Shown here: one piece after another, positions 1 through 12,887 of the stretch | Layout of the letters: every line of letters begins with the position of its first letter | Position numbering within the stretch: position 1 is the stretch's first letter | Source of the DNA: the human T2T-CHM13v2.0 reference genome, Homo sapiens | Strand: one strand, 5' to 3' | Length of the DNA: 64,000 nt | Assembly (NCBI RefSeq): GCF_009914755.1 | Contig: NC_060928.1 | Made by a program: the position numbers and the translations under genes | Notes under the pieces: model-generated | Database searches by the model: none | Seen by the model: the letters and a program-made list of their open reading frames with translations, nothing else | What the model was told of the DNA's origin: nothing

Positions 1-168
1 CAATAGGGTTCACGCTCCTATGAGAATCTAATGCAGCAGCTGATCTGACAGGAGGCGGAACTCAGGTGGTGTTGCTCACTCACCCGCCACTCACCTCCTG
101 CTGTATGGCCAGGTTCCTAACAGGCCATGGACTGGTACAGGTCCCTGGCCTGGGGGCTGAGGACCCCT
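1..168. mobile_element. MER1A/MER1B non-autonomous hAT-Charlie DNA transposon, cut by window start
   Basis: GCTGATCTGACAGGAGGCGGAACTCAGG...GGTTCCTAACAGGCCATGGACTGGTAC...GGGGGCTGAGGACCCCT matches the recalled MER1 arm and terminal inverted repeat. Confidence 0.85.
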
Positions 169-179
169 AATATAAGCAA

Positions 180-495
180 GCTGCACTATAATTCCATTCC
201 TCTAGCCACAGTTCAGGAATGAGCAAGCACAAGTATGTGACCTTAAAGTGAATTCAGGGATTTATGTCAGAGCTACTAAGAAAAACAACCCCTAAAATGT
301 AGCCTTGGAACTGCTGGCAGCCGTCTTGACACCATGTGGAGCCTGAGGAGGAGGCTAACATGGAGAAGAGCTGAGACATAAAGGCTATGTATCATTTTAG
401 CCTTGGATTAAGCCATGTCTGAAGCCAGAACTATCTCTTTGATTTAATATGAAGGAAATAAATGTCCTTTTTAAATTTCTGTTACTTGCCAATAA
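180..495 (+). mobile_element. Old MaLR LTR fragment (MLT1J/K/L-like)
   Basis: GGAACTGCTGGCAGCCGTCTTG...CCATGTGGAG...GGATTAAGCCATGTCTGAAGCCAG motifs typical of MLT1 LTRs; heavily diverged. Confidence 0.5.
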
Positions 496-779
496 CAAAT
501 TTCCAAATGGTCTAAATGTATATTACACATGATATTCCACACTTTTTGACCATGAGCTATTTTTCTTGTCACACTTTTTAACCTACTATGTAGTTGCTAT
601 TTTTAAAAAGTCAATGAGTATGTCATTAACTGCAAATTAAAAGACAAACAAAATAACAAAATATTATGAGGTAAGCATTTACAGGTTTGGTTAATTCTGT
701 GCTATTTCTACTTTTCCATTCTGCCATCCCCAGTTAACTGGGTCCTTAGACTAGCCTCTCTCAAAGTCGTAAGATGTCC

Positions 780-1130
780 TCGTTCTAGGCATTGCACCCT
801 GACACAGCAAGACTGAACAGAAAGAGGAAATGCTATATTCTTGTATGCTAGTTTAAGAATGAGAAAATGTCTCTCAGGCTTTCTTCTACTCCTGAGATTT
901 CGCTTATGTCTGTCTCGTTGTCCCAAACTGGGTTACATGCCTGTTACTAAGCCACCCATTGTCAAGATAATAGGATAACCACAATTGGTGGAGACTAACC
1001 AGGATTAACCTGTGGTTTGTGGATAGGATTTCTTTCCCTGAAGGCTAGAAACCTGAATAAAATTGGTGTTCTGGTTGTAAGGAAGAAGGGGAGAACAGGT
1101 GTTGAGAGGGTAATTAAGAGAGTCTACCAG
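780..1130 (-). mobile_element. Old MaLR LTR fragment (MLT1K/L-like)
   Basis: CCAAACTGGGTTACATGCC...GAATAAAATTGGTGTTCTG...GGAAGAAGGGGAGAA resembles antisense MLT1K/L. Confidence 0.45.
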
Positions 1131-1919
1131 ACCATGGAATACAAGGGGTAAAATCATGTAGCAGATTAAGTTACTCAGGTTCCAGCTTTTGAATTCCCGC
1201 TTGTCTTCAGTTTCTTCTCAGTGATTCAAAATGTCTTTTTGTATAAACCTTGTTGTATATACAATCCATTCCTGTCTTAAAGGAAAAGATGGCTCTCCCA
1301 TGTTCCTAGCACTAAATCCTCTATGCTACCCTTAATCATAACAGCTTTTGCCTGTGTTTGATTTGGATATTTTATCCTGTCATTCCTTGGATGTATTCCA
1401 AATGTACGCCTTTCTAGTTAACAGTTCTTCCTGTAATGGAACTCAAACATTGCCATGCAATTCTCTCCCTAAATACATCTTCCACTGGTATTCTTCCACC
1501 TAACAATTTCCTCTGTGCCTGTGGGAATTCATGCTCCTTGACCTGTTCATATGCTTTTCAAACACTCTGTCTAGGTCTGTGCCTTAACTGATGCCTACCC
1601 CTGGCTTCTGTATGAAGCCATCTTTCATAGAAGACGCTCCTGCTCTATTTCAAGTACCTCATGGGTCAGGAGTGGGAGTTGGCATCTTCTTAGTGTTGTT
1701 TCTAAGCCATTATACTTGACTCTTGTTCTAAACTATTCCTCTTTAAGACTTAAGTATTCCAACTAGATAACCTTCTAGCTTCCCTTCCAAAAACTGGACA
1801 ATGACATATTTATCAAGAACATTAGCAAGCATATCATATTCTTCCTTTCCATCCTTATTCTTTCCATGGTCTTGGGGACTTCATCATCATAAATAATTGT
1901 TCTTACAACTAGCCTTAAA

Positions 1920-2064
1920 GTTTCTTCTTTCGTCCATCCTCCTTTTCTGTCTGTCTCCCTCCTTCCCTCTATTCATCTCTTTCTCTATCTTTCCTCAGAT
2001 CTCCTTCCCTCTTTCTTTTCCTCCTTCTCCTCTCCCTTCTTTTCTTTATTTTCTTTCTTTCTTT
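1920..2064. repeat. CT-rich low-complexity tract
   Basis: Almost pure pyrimidine run visible directly; explains ORF 1897..2088. Confidence 0.85.
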
Positions 2065-2109
2065 ACAGCTTTATTGATGCTTAAGTGATGTGAAAGATAA
2101 AATTTTGTA

Positions 2110-2703
2110 AGTATATTATCTATTGCTTCATTTAAAAAATAGTCTGAAACTTGGTGGCTTAAAGCAACAAACATTTTTCTCTCTCACCATGTCTGTGAAT
2201 TGGGAATCTGGGCTTAGCTGAGTACTCTGGCTCATGGTCTCTCACAAGGCTGAAGCCAAAGTGCTGGCCAGAGTCACAGTACTTCCGTGTGCAACTGAGG
2301 GTGGATCCACGTTAAAACTCACTCACATGGCTGTTGGCAGGCCTCAGAGATCCACTTCCAAGCTCACTCATTAGGGCCCTCCTTGTCATATGAACCTCTC
2401 CAGGACAGCTTGCTTCCCCAAGACGAAGATTGTCATGAAAAGGAGACAGAATACAGAGAAGGAGGAAGGGAGTCAAGGAGAGAAGAAGACAGAAAGAGAG
2501 AGAGAAGAAGAATGAATTCAAGATCAAAGCATACATCATTTCTGTTACCTAATCCTGGAAGTGACATCATTACTTCTACTACATTCTTTTCACTATAAGG
2601 AAGTCACTAAATGCTGCCAGTACTTAAAAAAAGGGACTCTACAAGGGCATGAATACTAGGAAGTGGGGATCACTGGGGGTCATTTTACAGGCTGCCTACC
2701 ACA
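2110..2703 (-). mobile_element. MaLR LTR (MLT1F/G/H-like) inserted in an old L1
   Basis: TGGCTTAAAGCAACAAACATTT...GGCTCATGGTCTCTCACAAGGCTG...GAATACTAGGAAGTGGGGATCACTGGGGGTCATTTT...GCTGCCTACCACA end. Confidence 0.75.
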
Positions 2704-3127
2704 ATGAATTATGACACGTGTGTACATGACACCATCACCACAATCAAAGTAACTGACATTACCATCATCTTCCCAAATTGTCTCATGTTCCTTTAGAATT
2801 CATTCCTCCTTCCACCTCCTCTTTCTGGTAAGCACTGCTCTGCTTACTTCTGTCACCATAGATGTGTTTGAATATTTTCAAATTTCATTTAAATGGAAAA
2901 ATACGTATTTTTTGTTTGGCTTTTCACTGAGCATAACAATTTGGAGATCCATCTATGTTGCTTGTATCAATAGCTTGCCCTTGTTATTACTGAGACATGT
3001 TTCACTGTAAGGATCTATCATAATTTGTTTATCCATTTACCTGCAGATGGACATTTGAGATATTTCCAGTGTAAGGTTATTATGAATAAGGCTGATATAA
3101 ACATTTGTGTTCAAGTCTTTGTGTGGA
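2704..3127 (-). mobile_element. Old L1M (L1MB/MC-like) 3' region; its start is probably at ~2065-2110, on the other side of the MLT1
   Basis: CCATCACCACAATCAAAG...GAGATCCATCTATGTTGC...GATGGACATTTG...TATGAATAAGGCTGATATAAACATTTGTG is antisense L1M ORF2 end/3'UTR. Confidence 0.75.
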
Positions 3128-3128
3128 G

Positions 3129-3428
3129 GTGATGGTAAGTTTTCTGTTCCAACTTGGCTAGTTTATGTTCGAACAGCAGCCTAAATGTTGCTGTGAAGGT
3201 GTTTTTTAGATGTAATTACCATTTAAATCAGTAGACTTTGAGTAAGCAGATTGCCCCAATTCAGACTAAAGACTGCAATGTCAACTCTTGCCTGCATTTC
3301 CAGCCTGCCAGACTGCCATGCAGATTGCAGATCTGCCAGCTTCTACAGTTATGTAGACAATTTCTTAAAATACATCTCTCTCTCCTTTTCTGTTTGTTCT
3401 GTTTCTCTGGAGAGCCTTGACTGATACA
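3129..3428 (+). mobile_element. MLT2 (ERVL) 5' LTR, internally shortened
   Basis: GTTGCTGTGAAGGTGTTTTTTAGATG...AATCAGTAGACTTTGAGTAAGCAGATTGCCC...GTTCTGTTTCTCTGGAGAGCCTTGACTGATACA, followed directly by an ERVL PBS-like sequence. Confidence 0.8.
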
Positions 3429-5120
3429 GATTTTGGCACTGAGAGTGGTTCTAGAGGAATGGAATCTTTTTTTTTCTTTTAACTTTTAAGTTCAGGGGTA
3501 CATATGCAGGACATGCAGTTTTGTTAAATAGGTAAACATGTGCCATGGTGGTTTACTGCACAGATCATCCCATCATCCAGCTGTTAAGCCCAGCATTCAT
3601 GAGCTATTCTTCCTGATGCTCTCCCTCCCTTCACCCTCCCCCCACAACAGGTGCCCAGGGTGTGTTGTTTCCTGCCATGTGCCCATGTGTGCTCATCAAT
3701 CAGCTCCCACTTGTAAGTGAGAACATGCAATGTTTGTTTTTCCGTTCCTGTGTTAGTTTCCTGAGAATAATGGCTCCAACTCCATCCATGTCCTTGCAAA
3801 GAACATGATCTCATTCCTTTTTATGGCTGCATAGTATTCCATAGTTTCTTTATCTGGTCTATCATTGATGGGCATTTGGGTTAATTCCATGTCTTTTCTA
3901 TTGTGAACAGTGCTGCAATGAACATACGTGTTCATGTATCTTTGTAATAGAATGATTTATAGTCCTTTGGGTATATACCTAGTGATGGGATTTCTGGGTC
4001 AAATGGTATTTCTGGTTCTAGATCTTTGAGGAATTTCCACACTGTTTTCCACAATGATTAGACTAATTTACACTCCCACCAACAGAGTAAAAGTGTTCCT
4101 TTTTCTCCACAACCTTGCTAGCATCTGCTGTTTTTTGACTTTATAATAATAGCCATTTTGATTGGCGTGAGATGGTATCTCGTTGTGGTTTTGATTTGCA
4201 TTTCTCTAATGATCAGTGATGTTGAGCTTTTTCTCATATGTTTGTTGGCTGCATGAATATCTTCTTTTGAGAAGTGTCTGTTCAAGTCCTTTGCCCACTT
4301 TTCAATGGGGTTGTTTGTTTTTCTCTTGTAAAGTTGTTCAAGTTCCTTGTAGACTCTGTATATTAAACCTTTGTCAGATGGATAGATTGCAAAAATTTTC
4401 TCCGATTTTGTAGGTTGTCTGTTCACTCTGATGATAGTTTTTTTTTTTGTTTGTTTGTTTTTTTGCTGTGTAGAAGCTCTTTAGTTTAATTAGATTCCAT
4501 TGGTCAATTTTTGTTTTTGTTGCAATTGCTTTTGGTGTTTTTGTAATGAAACCGTTGCCTACACCTGTGTCCTGAATGGTATTGCCTGAATTTTCTTCTA
4601 GGGTTTTATAGTTTTGTTTTTTACATTTAAGTCTTTAATCTATCTTGAGTTAATTTTTGTATATGGTATAAGGAAGGGGTCCAGTTTCAGTTTTTCTGCT
4701 TATGGCTAGCCAGTTCTCTTGCACCATTTGTTAAATAGGGAATACTTTCTCCATTTCTTGTTTTTGTCAGATTGTCTAAGATCAGATGGCTGCAGGTGTG
4801 TAGTGTTATTTTTGGGTTCTCTATTCAGAACAGAATCTTAAGGATAAGTTTTCCTGATTGGTTCTGGGGTTTCTGGAATTGGTTCTTTAATTTTACTAGA
4901 TCTAAAGGTGCCAATGACTCTATTTCCAGTAGGAAAGAGAGCATTGATTTCCATGGCATAATGTGGCAATAGTACCACATAAATAATACCATTGGGTACT
5001 GCTAATCAAATACTTATAAGAGGCAAGGTTCTGAGGGACCACGTGTTTGGCACATTTTTATCAAACTAATGAGTATAATGGCATGGGCTTGTTGCCTCTG
5101 ATTATACTGAACAAAGTCTT
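3429..5120 (+). mobile_element. HERV-L/ERVL internal 5' fragment (PBS and leader), split by an L1PA insertion
   Basis: GATTTTGGCACTGAGAGTGGTTCTAGAGGAA (3429-3459) resumes at 4828 with GAACAGAATCTTAAGGAT...GGGGTTTCTGGAATTGGTTC. Confidence 0.7.
3469..4827 (-). mobile_element. 5'-truncated L1PA (about L1PA11-14), ORF2 end and 3'UTR
   Basis: T-tail at 3467; minus ORF 4118..4426 is L1 ORF2 C-terminus ([15 protein letters not shown]...[15 protein letters not shown]); imperfect TSD GAATGGAATCTT (3457-3468) / GAACAGAATCTT (4828-4839). Confidence 0.93.
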
Positions 5121-5199
5121 AGGAGGTCTTAGAAATATTAAAAATGTTGTTGGAAGTCTGTCCTTTTTATTATATTTCTTCCTCTTCTTTGGTCTACTC

Positions 5200-5520
5200 T
5201 TTATTCCTCTTGGTTGACTTCATTATCAGGCAGGCTCTGTCCTTATGTTGGCAAAGGGACTCCAGCAGCCAAGGCTTGCTTGGCTCTGGTATATCATCTT
5301 TAAAAGAGAGAGTGGCTCTTTCCTGATAGTTGAGAGTTAAAAGTTTTGGGGAGGATTTCATTTGGCCTAGCCTGGGTCTCATGTCCATCCTTGGACGTCC
5401 CTGAAGGATGTGTTACTCTGATTGGCTGGCCCAGGGCCAGGTGCCTATCATGATGCTGGAGATCATGGTCAATTGTACCAAACCATGCAGATTTGGTAGA
5501 GTGGGGATGATTCTGCAAAA
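5200..5520 (-). mobile_element. Old MaLR LTR fragment (MLT1J-like)
   Basis: CTTCATTATCAGGCAGGCTCT...ATTTGGCCTAGCCTGGGTCTCATGTCCATCC...CTGATTGGCTGGCCCAGGGCCAGGTGCC. Confidence 0.5.
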
Positions 5521-5684
5521 ACAATATAATAATTCAATTAGCAGGAAAAAAGTAATTCTTGGTACCTCTATAACTTCCCCAGACTCTCTTTGGTTTTTCC
5601 TTTGCTCTTACTACAGTTGGTACATGCCTTAAATAAAGCCAGTATTGTGTTATATTTGTGTGTTCATCTTATCTGATTCTCCCT

Positions 5685-5790
5685 GTGATTATAAATTCTG
5701 TGAGGGCAGAAACTATTTATTTTCATCTTCTTATTTCCATTGCTTAGCATACTTCCCAGTTTATAATAGTGCTTAACAAACATTCATTAC
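5685..5790 (+). mobile_element. L2 3' end fragment
   Basis: TGTGAGGGCAGAAACTAT...GCTTAGCATA...AGTGCTTAACAAACATT resembles the L2 tail. Confidence 0.55.
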
Positions 5791-8700
5791 TGGATTTTTT
5801 CTCTTCAATTTTATCTAGTTAATTGCTCTCTTGCTGGAGCCTTCATTGTCCCTGAACACTAGGTTTTCTCCCATCATCTAAATCTTTCTCAGGTACACGT
5901 CTCTTTTGAAATACAAAGCTCTTTATAATAATGTATTATTTACCTTATACCAAAGAGTGTCTTTTTTCTTTGCCTTTCTCCTTCAAGTTTCTTAAAATAG
6001 CAGTCAAGACTCTCTGCCTCTCCTCTTCCTTCAACCCACTGGCTAACTCCTTGCTTTTTTCTTCATTGTCTCTAGTGATCTTCTTATAAAATCCACTGGC
6101 CATCTACCAGCTTGGTTCTTCTTAGCCATGCCACAGCACCTGGCGCTGATTATCCTTTGGCTTTCATTTTTTCCGTGGATGCTCCTGATCCATCTCCTAA
6201 TCCTCTGATTACCACTTAGCAAAACATTGTGTCTTCACAGAACATGCTAGGCACCATGGATACAAAAAGTAATGCTCTTGCCATCAGCAACTTTTAAACT
6301 AGTTGTGTGCTTCTCGTTTCCAATAAAATTTGATATCTGAATTGCTAGAATAGTCTGTAGGATTTTGTACCTGCAGATATTCTTGCCAGTCCATTCAAAA
6401 TACTGTTTAAAAAGTATCCTACTAAAGTCATTCATTTGCTCAGGAGCTTTCACTGGCTCTTCGTCGCCTGCTAAATACAATTCAAACTGTTGAGGAGGGC
6501 TTGGCCTCTTTTGTTAACCACTCCCCACCCCCCATCCCCATGCATTATCTCTTCTGCTTTCCCCACAGTATCCTGCTTTCTAGCCAACCTTGAATGGCTC
6601 CTACCTAAACAGTTTCTTTCTAAATTCTGCACTTCTGTTTATTACATTATTTCAGCATGTAATACACAAACATTAGTTTCCTTCACATGCCTTTTGAGGC
6701 ACTTCCAACCAATTCCACCTCTGTTTCGTCCGTGATGCCTTACTGGACTTCACATTTAGAAGTGATTACATCTCCCTCTAAATGTCAATAGCATATAGAT
6801 TATGCTAATCTGTAGTTTTAGGAACCTTAGAGGAGCTGCATTTAGAATATGAGCCCAGATCTGGGTGGGCAGAAAATATTGCTCAGTATCTGCCAGATCA
6901 TAGGTTTTAACTCAATGAATATGAGATGAGTGACTGAATAAATACCTGTCGTAAAACAAGCCCTGCATGAATATAAAATATTTGCCCAAGAATACTTTCA
7001 CTGGCCATAAAGAACTCAATGGAACTTTTCCATGTTGTTCTGTGTTGTGCCAGAAATAATATACGCATTGTCAGCCACCGCTAAGCAATTTCTGACTCTA
7101 ATCAACAAGATAAGGAAAATCTGGAGCAGGGTAATGTGAGGATAAGTAAATCAGTTCAATTTCTCTGACTGCTTGAGGACCTATCACCTTCCATAGAAGG
7201 GAGGTTATCAAGTTAAAAACAATTTCATGTAGCCATTTTGGGGTGCTATATATTTAATCTGTCCTTTTTAATAGTAGTTAAGAGTGTAAACAAAAGCAAT
7301 CAAAGTAGCACCATTATCTGTCATCACTGCTATCACTTATTCAAAGAAGTCCACTCAAGTACTTCTACCTTAGATGCTAAACGAATTAGAGATTTACATG
7401 GCAACTTTAATGAAAACGGATACTTTGACAATAATCAAATTGACTGCAATAATGAAACTGATAAGAACATCACTTAAATAGAAGAATACATTAGAAGTAT
7501 ATTATAGAGGTTTCAGTTTCATTTTACATCATTGAGCTCTTCACATCAGGGAGTTTATAGTAGTTCTGTGTCTACTATTATTAAGGGAATAACCCTGTTG
7601 GTGATGCCAGCATTTCAAAGCTGCTTTTGTGACCTGTGTATCTTCACCTATTGTTGTTGTCTTTTCTGTGTTAGAGAGTGTGCTCAGACCCCTTTTCAGG
7701 TTCATTCAATCTCTATTCAATTCCAGTTCCTCTAACGAGGCTTTGCTGCTTTTGCTGTGAATCCTTAGACATTCACGAGCCCTTTGTCCTGTACTTTTTA
7801 TTTCTGGTTGACTTTCTTCTTTGGCGCTCTCCTTTTCTTGCAGCCTGTTCATGCTCTGTGTCCTGCACGACAATAAAATCTTTCACATTTCTTTTCCCTG
7901 CAGGCTGCCCTTTCCAAGCTTTACACTATGTACTGTTGTCTTTTTATTCTCTCATTCTCTTTTCAGCTTAAGCCTGCACATAACTCTTTCTGGTGCTACT
8001 GCTATTTCTCTATTCCTCACCACACCTAATTTATGCTGACAGCATTTATATGAAAGCTTACACACTCCATGCATCTCTGTCATCCTTTAGTTTATTTCTC
8101 ATTCTGTGATGGTGAAAGGATTTACTTATTTTCCCTGAGGAAACACTGTTTTTTTTGGGAATAAGACTGGTATTTGACAGGAGTCCTGAGGAGCTCATGC
8201 TCCCAAGAGACAAGCAAACAAATAAGTAAACAGCAGACACATACAAACGTTTTTCTAGGTGGCATTTAAAATTTATTCTTTTATTTACAGCATTTCAAAG
8301 CTGCAGCGAAAGCACTATAAAAAACATATAAAACAAAAAGACTTGGACCTCCTACCTCTGGGAGTTGAAAGATTTCTTCATTCCATTTACGCTTGTCACA
8401 TGGCTTATAACATTCTTCCAAAGACATAATATTCAACTGAAAATGTGACATGAGGTCATAATATCTTGAGTTAATGCAACACTTTTGTTGTATATAATAT
8501 AGGTGTTTGTTCTTCAATTTTGAAAAGTACCCAACTTCTTTTGTCTGCAATAAATCATTACCCTGTAAACTTGAAGAGTTTAATATTTAAACTCTTCAAC
8601 TTAGAGTTATTATTAATTAGGTCAATGGCTCTAAAACATTTATGTGGAAGAAAATGGTCCCCTTTCATAGGTAGCAGGAGCTGTTGACAGATTCCTCTTA

Positions 8701-9654
8701 GTCAAATATATTATAAACTTGGATGGTAAATAAATGAGTAAACGCTAACAGCATGAAGCAAACTTGCCAATGCATTTTATTCTGATCTGTGGGTTATTTA
8801 GGACCCAATCTTTTTTCTTTTTAAGAAAAACTGTCCATCAGATTCAAATACACAATGGCTAATGTGGATAAAAGACCATCAGGCATTTATATGAAACCAC
8901 ATGACATCTTTTCACCAGTCATCTCAATTTGAAATTTGAATTTAAACTCATCAAAGAAAAAAAAACCCTATTAACACTTTGCACGTTATCTAAAGAAAGA
9001 TTCAGTATTTAACTTTTTCTGACAGTAGAGCAAAAACATTTAAATATATGTCAGATGGATGTGGAGTATTTCAAAAGGACGAACAAAAGCTTTAATCCCT
9101 TTGTGAACTAGGAAGACAGATACACTATACGAGGAAGACTGCACAGGAGACCAGGAGAGAGACCACCAAATATGTGGTCTCAATCCAGTCCGTTAGAATG
9201 TAGCGGGCAGCTTGTCTGTTAATTTCTTTTCTCTGAGCCTGGGTCACCTCCCACAAGGTTTACAATAACAGGAAATCCCAAACCAGCTTCTGAACAGTTA
9301 CTTTCTTCAGACACATGCTAATTTATTACAGAGGATTTAGAAGGTATTTCATGGAAGGAGTGATACGTTACTTTAAATTGCAAAACTGTAACAGAATAAT
9401 GAACGTCACATTAGTTAAATAAGCATGGTGCGGTAAGCAAACGAGCATGACACTGGCAGAGGAATCACTTTTTGTAGCATGTGGCGTCTCACATTGCACT
9501 TGTTGTTCATGACATTTAAGTGAATATATATTTTAACAAAGGTCCTTTTATGTGCACACACATGAAATACAGTAGGCACTCAACTATTTGTTGAATGAAA
9601 ATAGCAGTTCATTATGTATAAAGAAAAAATTGGTCTGATATCATCAGAAACTGA

Positions 9655-9838
9655 GTTTATCAATGAGTACTTTGCTGTGAGGGGCTGAGTTGTGCCTTGT
9701 AGGTTGTGTAACAGCAACCCTGGCCTGTAGACCCACCAGTTGCTAGTAGCAACTCCCCCTGCTGTGACAACCAATAATGTCTCCAGACGTTGCCAGATAT
9801 CCCCTGGGTGGCCTATCTCCTCTGGCTGAGAACCACTG
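9655..9838 (-). mobile_element. MER20 hAT-Charlie element
   Basis: GTGACAACCAATAATGTCTCCAGACGTTGCCAGATATCCCCTGGG...GCTGAGAACCACTG is the reverse complement of the MER20 start. Confidence 0.88.
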
Positions 9839-9961
9839 ATGAGAAAGGAAACTACAATTAGCATAACTGAGTTTTGCCTACATAGCTTTCTGTTTTCTAG
9901 TCTAGTTTAGGGATGAATGAGAAGGTTCACTTTCATTTTAACTATAGTAAATAAATGTATG

Positions 9962-10415
9962 TGTATTAGTTTCCAAAGGCTGCTGGAATGAAGTATTAAT
10001 ACCACAATTTGGGTGACTTAAAGAACAGAAATTTATTGACTCACAGTTCTAGGGGAAAGAAGTCCAAAATCAAGGTGTTTGTAGCATTAGTTCCTTTGAA
10101 AGCTGAGAGAAAGAATCTGCTCCAGGTTTCTCCCCCAGCTTCTGGTGGCTTCAGGCATCCTTGGCTTGTAAATTATGTTCTCCCTGTGTCTTCATATTAT
10201 CTTCCCTCTATGTGTGTCTGTCTTATGTCCACATTCCCCCTTTTATAAAGACATGAATTATTTTGGATAAGGACCCCCTCCAATCACCTCATTTTAGCTT
10301 GATTACTCTGTAAAGAGCCACAATCTCCAATTAAGGTCACATTCTGAGGTCCCGGGGGTTATGACTCCAATGTAACTTTTTTTTTGAGGGAGTAGACACA
10401 ATTCAACCCATAAGA
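9962..10415 (-). mobile_element. MaLR solo LTR (MLT1B/C-like)
   Basis: TGTATTAGTTTCC...AACAGAAATTTATTGACTCACAGTTCTAGG...AAGTCCAAAATCAAGGTG...GGTCACATTCTGAGGT...ACACAATTCAACCCATAA. Confidence 0.88.
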
Positions 10416-11932
10416 ATGTGATGCTAACAATTCTGCGCTGAGTGCCAAAGTGAGACTCTGGTATTTAACCATTAACTGCTTTATGTTCTACTCATTTGTT
10501 CATGTGCCTGTCACATCTCTGCTTCCTGGAGGCCCAAAATGGAAACATAGTGTTTCATTAGAATCTTCATAGCACTCAGAAGAGTATTTGGCAAGAGTTT
10601 ATTTGAATGAAGAAATGCTCCTTGCTGAAGAAGAGGTAGTTTGTCACTTTGGCCCTAATTGTCATAAATGTACATCAGTGAACCTGTCTAGTTTCCTCTT
10701 AAATCAAACAACACTGGACTCCTTTTGATTATTCAATATTTTTAAATTTCATTTTCTTTTTAATGGAAAAAATTAAATGTACAAATATTCATTAAATAAA
10801 TGAATAGAACACATTCAAATAGAATGAGTATATAAAAAAGAATAATTTTTCCATCTTTAATTCTCTGGCGTTCCTCTCGAAAGGCAACAATTATTTGCAG
10901 TTTTTTAATATGCTTTCCCAGAATAGTTTTATGCATAGAAAAATATGCTTATGTTATTTTTTATGTCCTCTGACATTGGATATGGATTACACATCCCAAG
11001 ACAGAGATTCAGAATCTGTGATTTGTATAGGTATAGAATAAAAGACATGTACTTAGGATTAGCACAGAACCAAACAACAGGAGCAATCTAAACTCAACTT
11101 TGGGATCTGCCACCATCCAAAGAGCTACAGATATAAAAGAATGCTGAGAACAAAGCGAGAGCAGTCAAACTGGCTGCATACACCCTCAGGAGGTCTGGAT
11201 AAGGCTGGATACTGCTGGAGAAGCCTGGACACTGTTGAGAAGTTCCTGAAGAGCCAACAACAATGCCAGCAAGCCAAGTCCTTCATGGAGCTGTGGCCAG
11301 CAACATCTCTGGCTCTCGAGTCCCTACAGACTTTGCATGGAATGAGATGCTTGATGGTGAAAGATTCCATGGTACAAAAAAGCCTCCCAAACCTAAGCAG
11401 ACAAGGAGAAAAACTGCCAGAATTCTCAGCTGTAACTGAATTGGTACAAACTGCACAAACTAGAAAATACTAATAAAAACCTGCAGCATTTTACTTAAGG
11501 TTGAAATATGAAGGTGATGCCTTTATTTTCAAAGATAAAGCTACTGCTCCAGTATCTATTGATTAGATGCATTGAGTCATTTCTTGGTAGTACTTGGTGG
11601 GTTTTTGTTGAATCATCATACTCCTACTGAGTTCCCTGAGCAAATAATGGTAAGAATGGATTGGCAGTGGTAGAAAGAGAATTTGCATCAGTACTCTGGG
11701 GAAGACTGATGACCATTTAACAGTACACAATCTCACAACCTAGGGAGGTATTAGCTTGCTGCTTTAATTGATTAAGCTGGCACTGTTTAAATCACACATA
11801 TTGAAACCTCAAAACACACATATTGTGGGAAGAAAATGTCTTTTAATCTAGTACAGTTTGTGGAAAGTTTTATCCAATAACATAAAAAAAATTAAACAAA
11901 AAAATGCTACATTTTACTTAATGTGACCCTAG

Positions 11933-12264
<332 letters not shown>

Positions 12265-12887
12265 TCTCTGGAATATTTTAATCATTTTTTCTCCATGTAT
12301 GCAACACATACATAGAGTAGTTGTAAGCTTTGCTAGCCTAAACTTTTAAATACCAGTGAGGAGGACTATTAGGATTTTGCTCTCTTTCAAACACCACAAT
12401 TTTTCAGGCTTAGCCTAAAATTTTAGTAAATTTTATGATAGGCTGTTGATAATTCAAAACTCAAAGAGCCTTAAAAGTGCTAGACTATTTGGAGGATTAT
12501 CTTTTGAATTTTCTCCTCAAAGCTTAGCTAGAACTACCAGCACAACGAATCTCCCTTGCCCAAAAACTTTAAGGCAATTGCTTTTTCAATTCTTATCAGG
12601 TTTAGGCCAAAAATGAAAATACTTAGTGCCCATGCATAAATTATTGAATTTTCTTTCTCTTGAAGACTTTCAAAATAGCATTCAATTTATGAACAACAGT
12701 TCCTATAGGCCTCTCACACCCAACTTGAACATCCCACGAGGCTCACAGTGTTGAAAAATTGTGCACTGACAAAAGCAATTGCTGCATTTGTGATTTGATT
12801 AATCTAATTAATTGTCCACTGTGATAACCTTAGAAAAATGGATGACTTGTGTCTCTTCTGGAAGAAACTTCCCTCAATGGTTCCATT

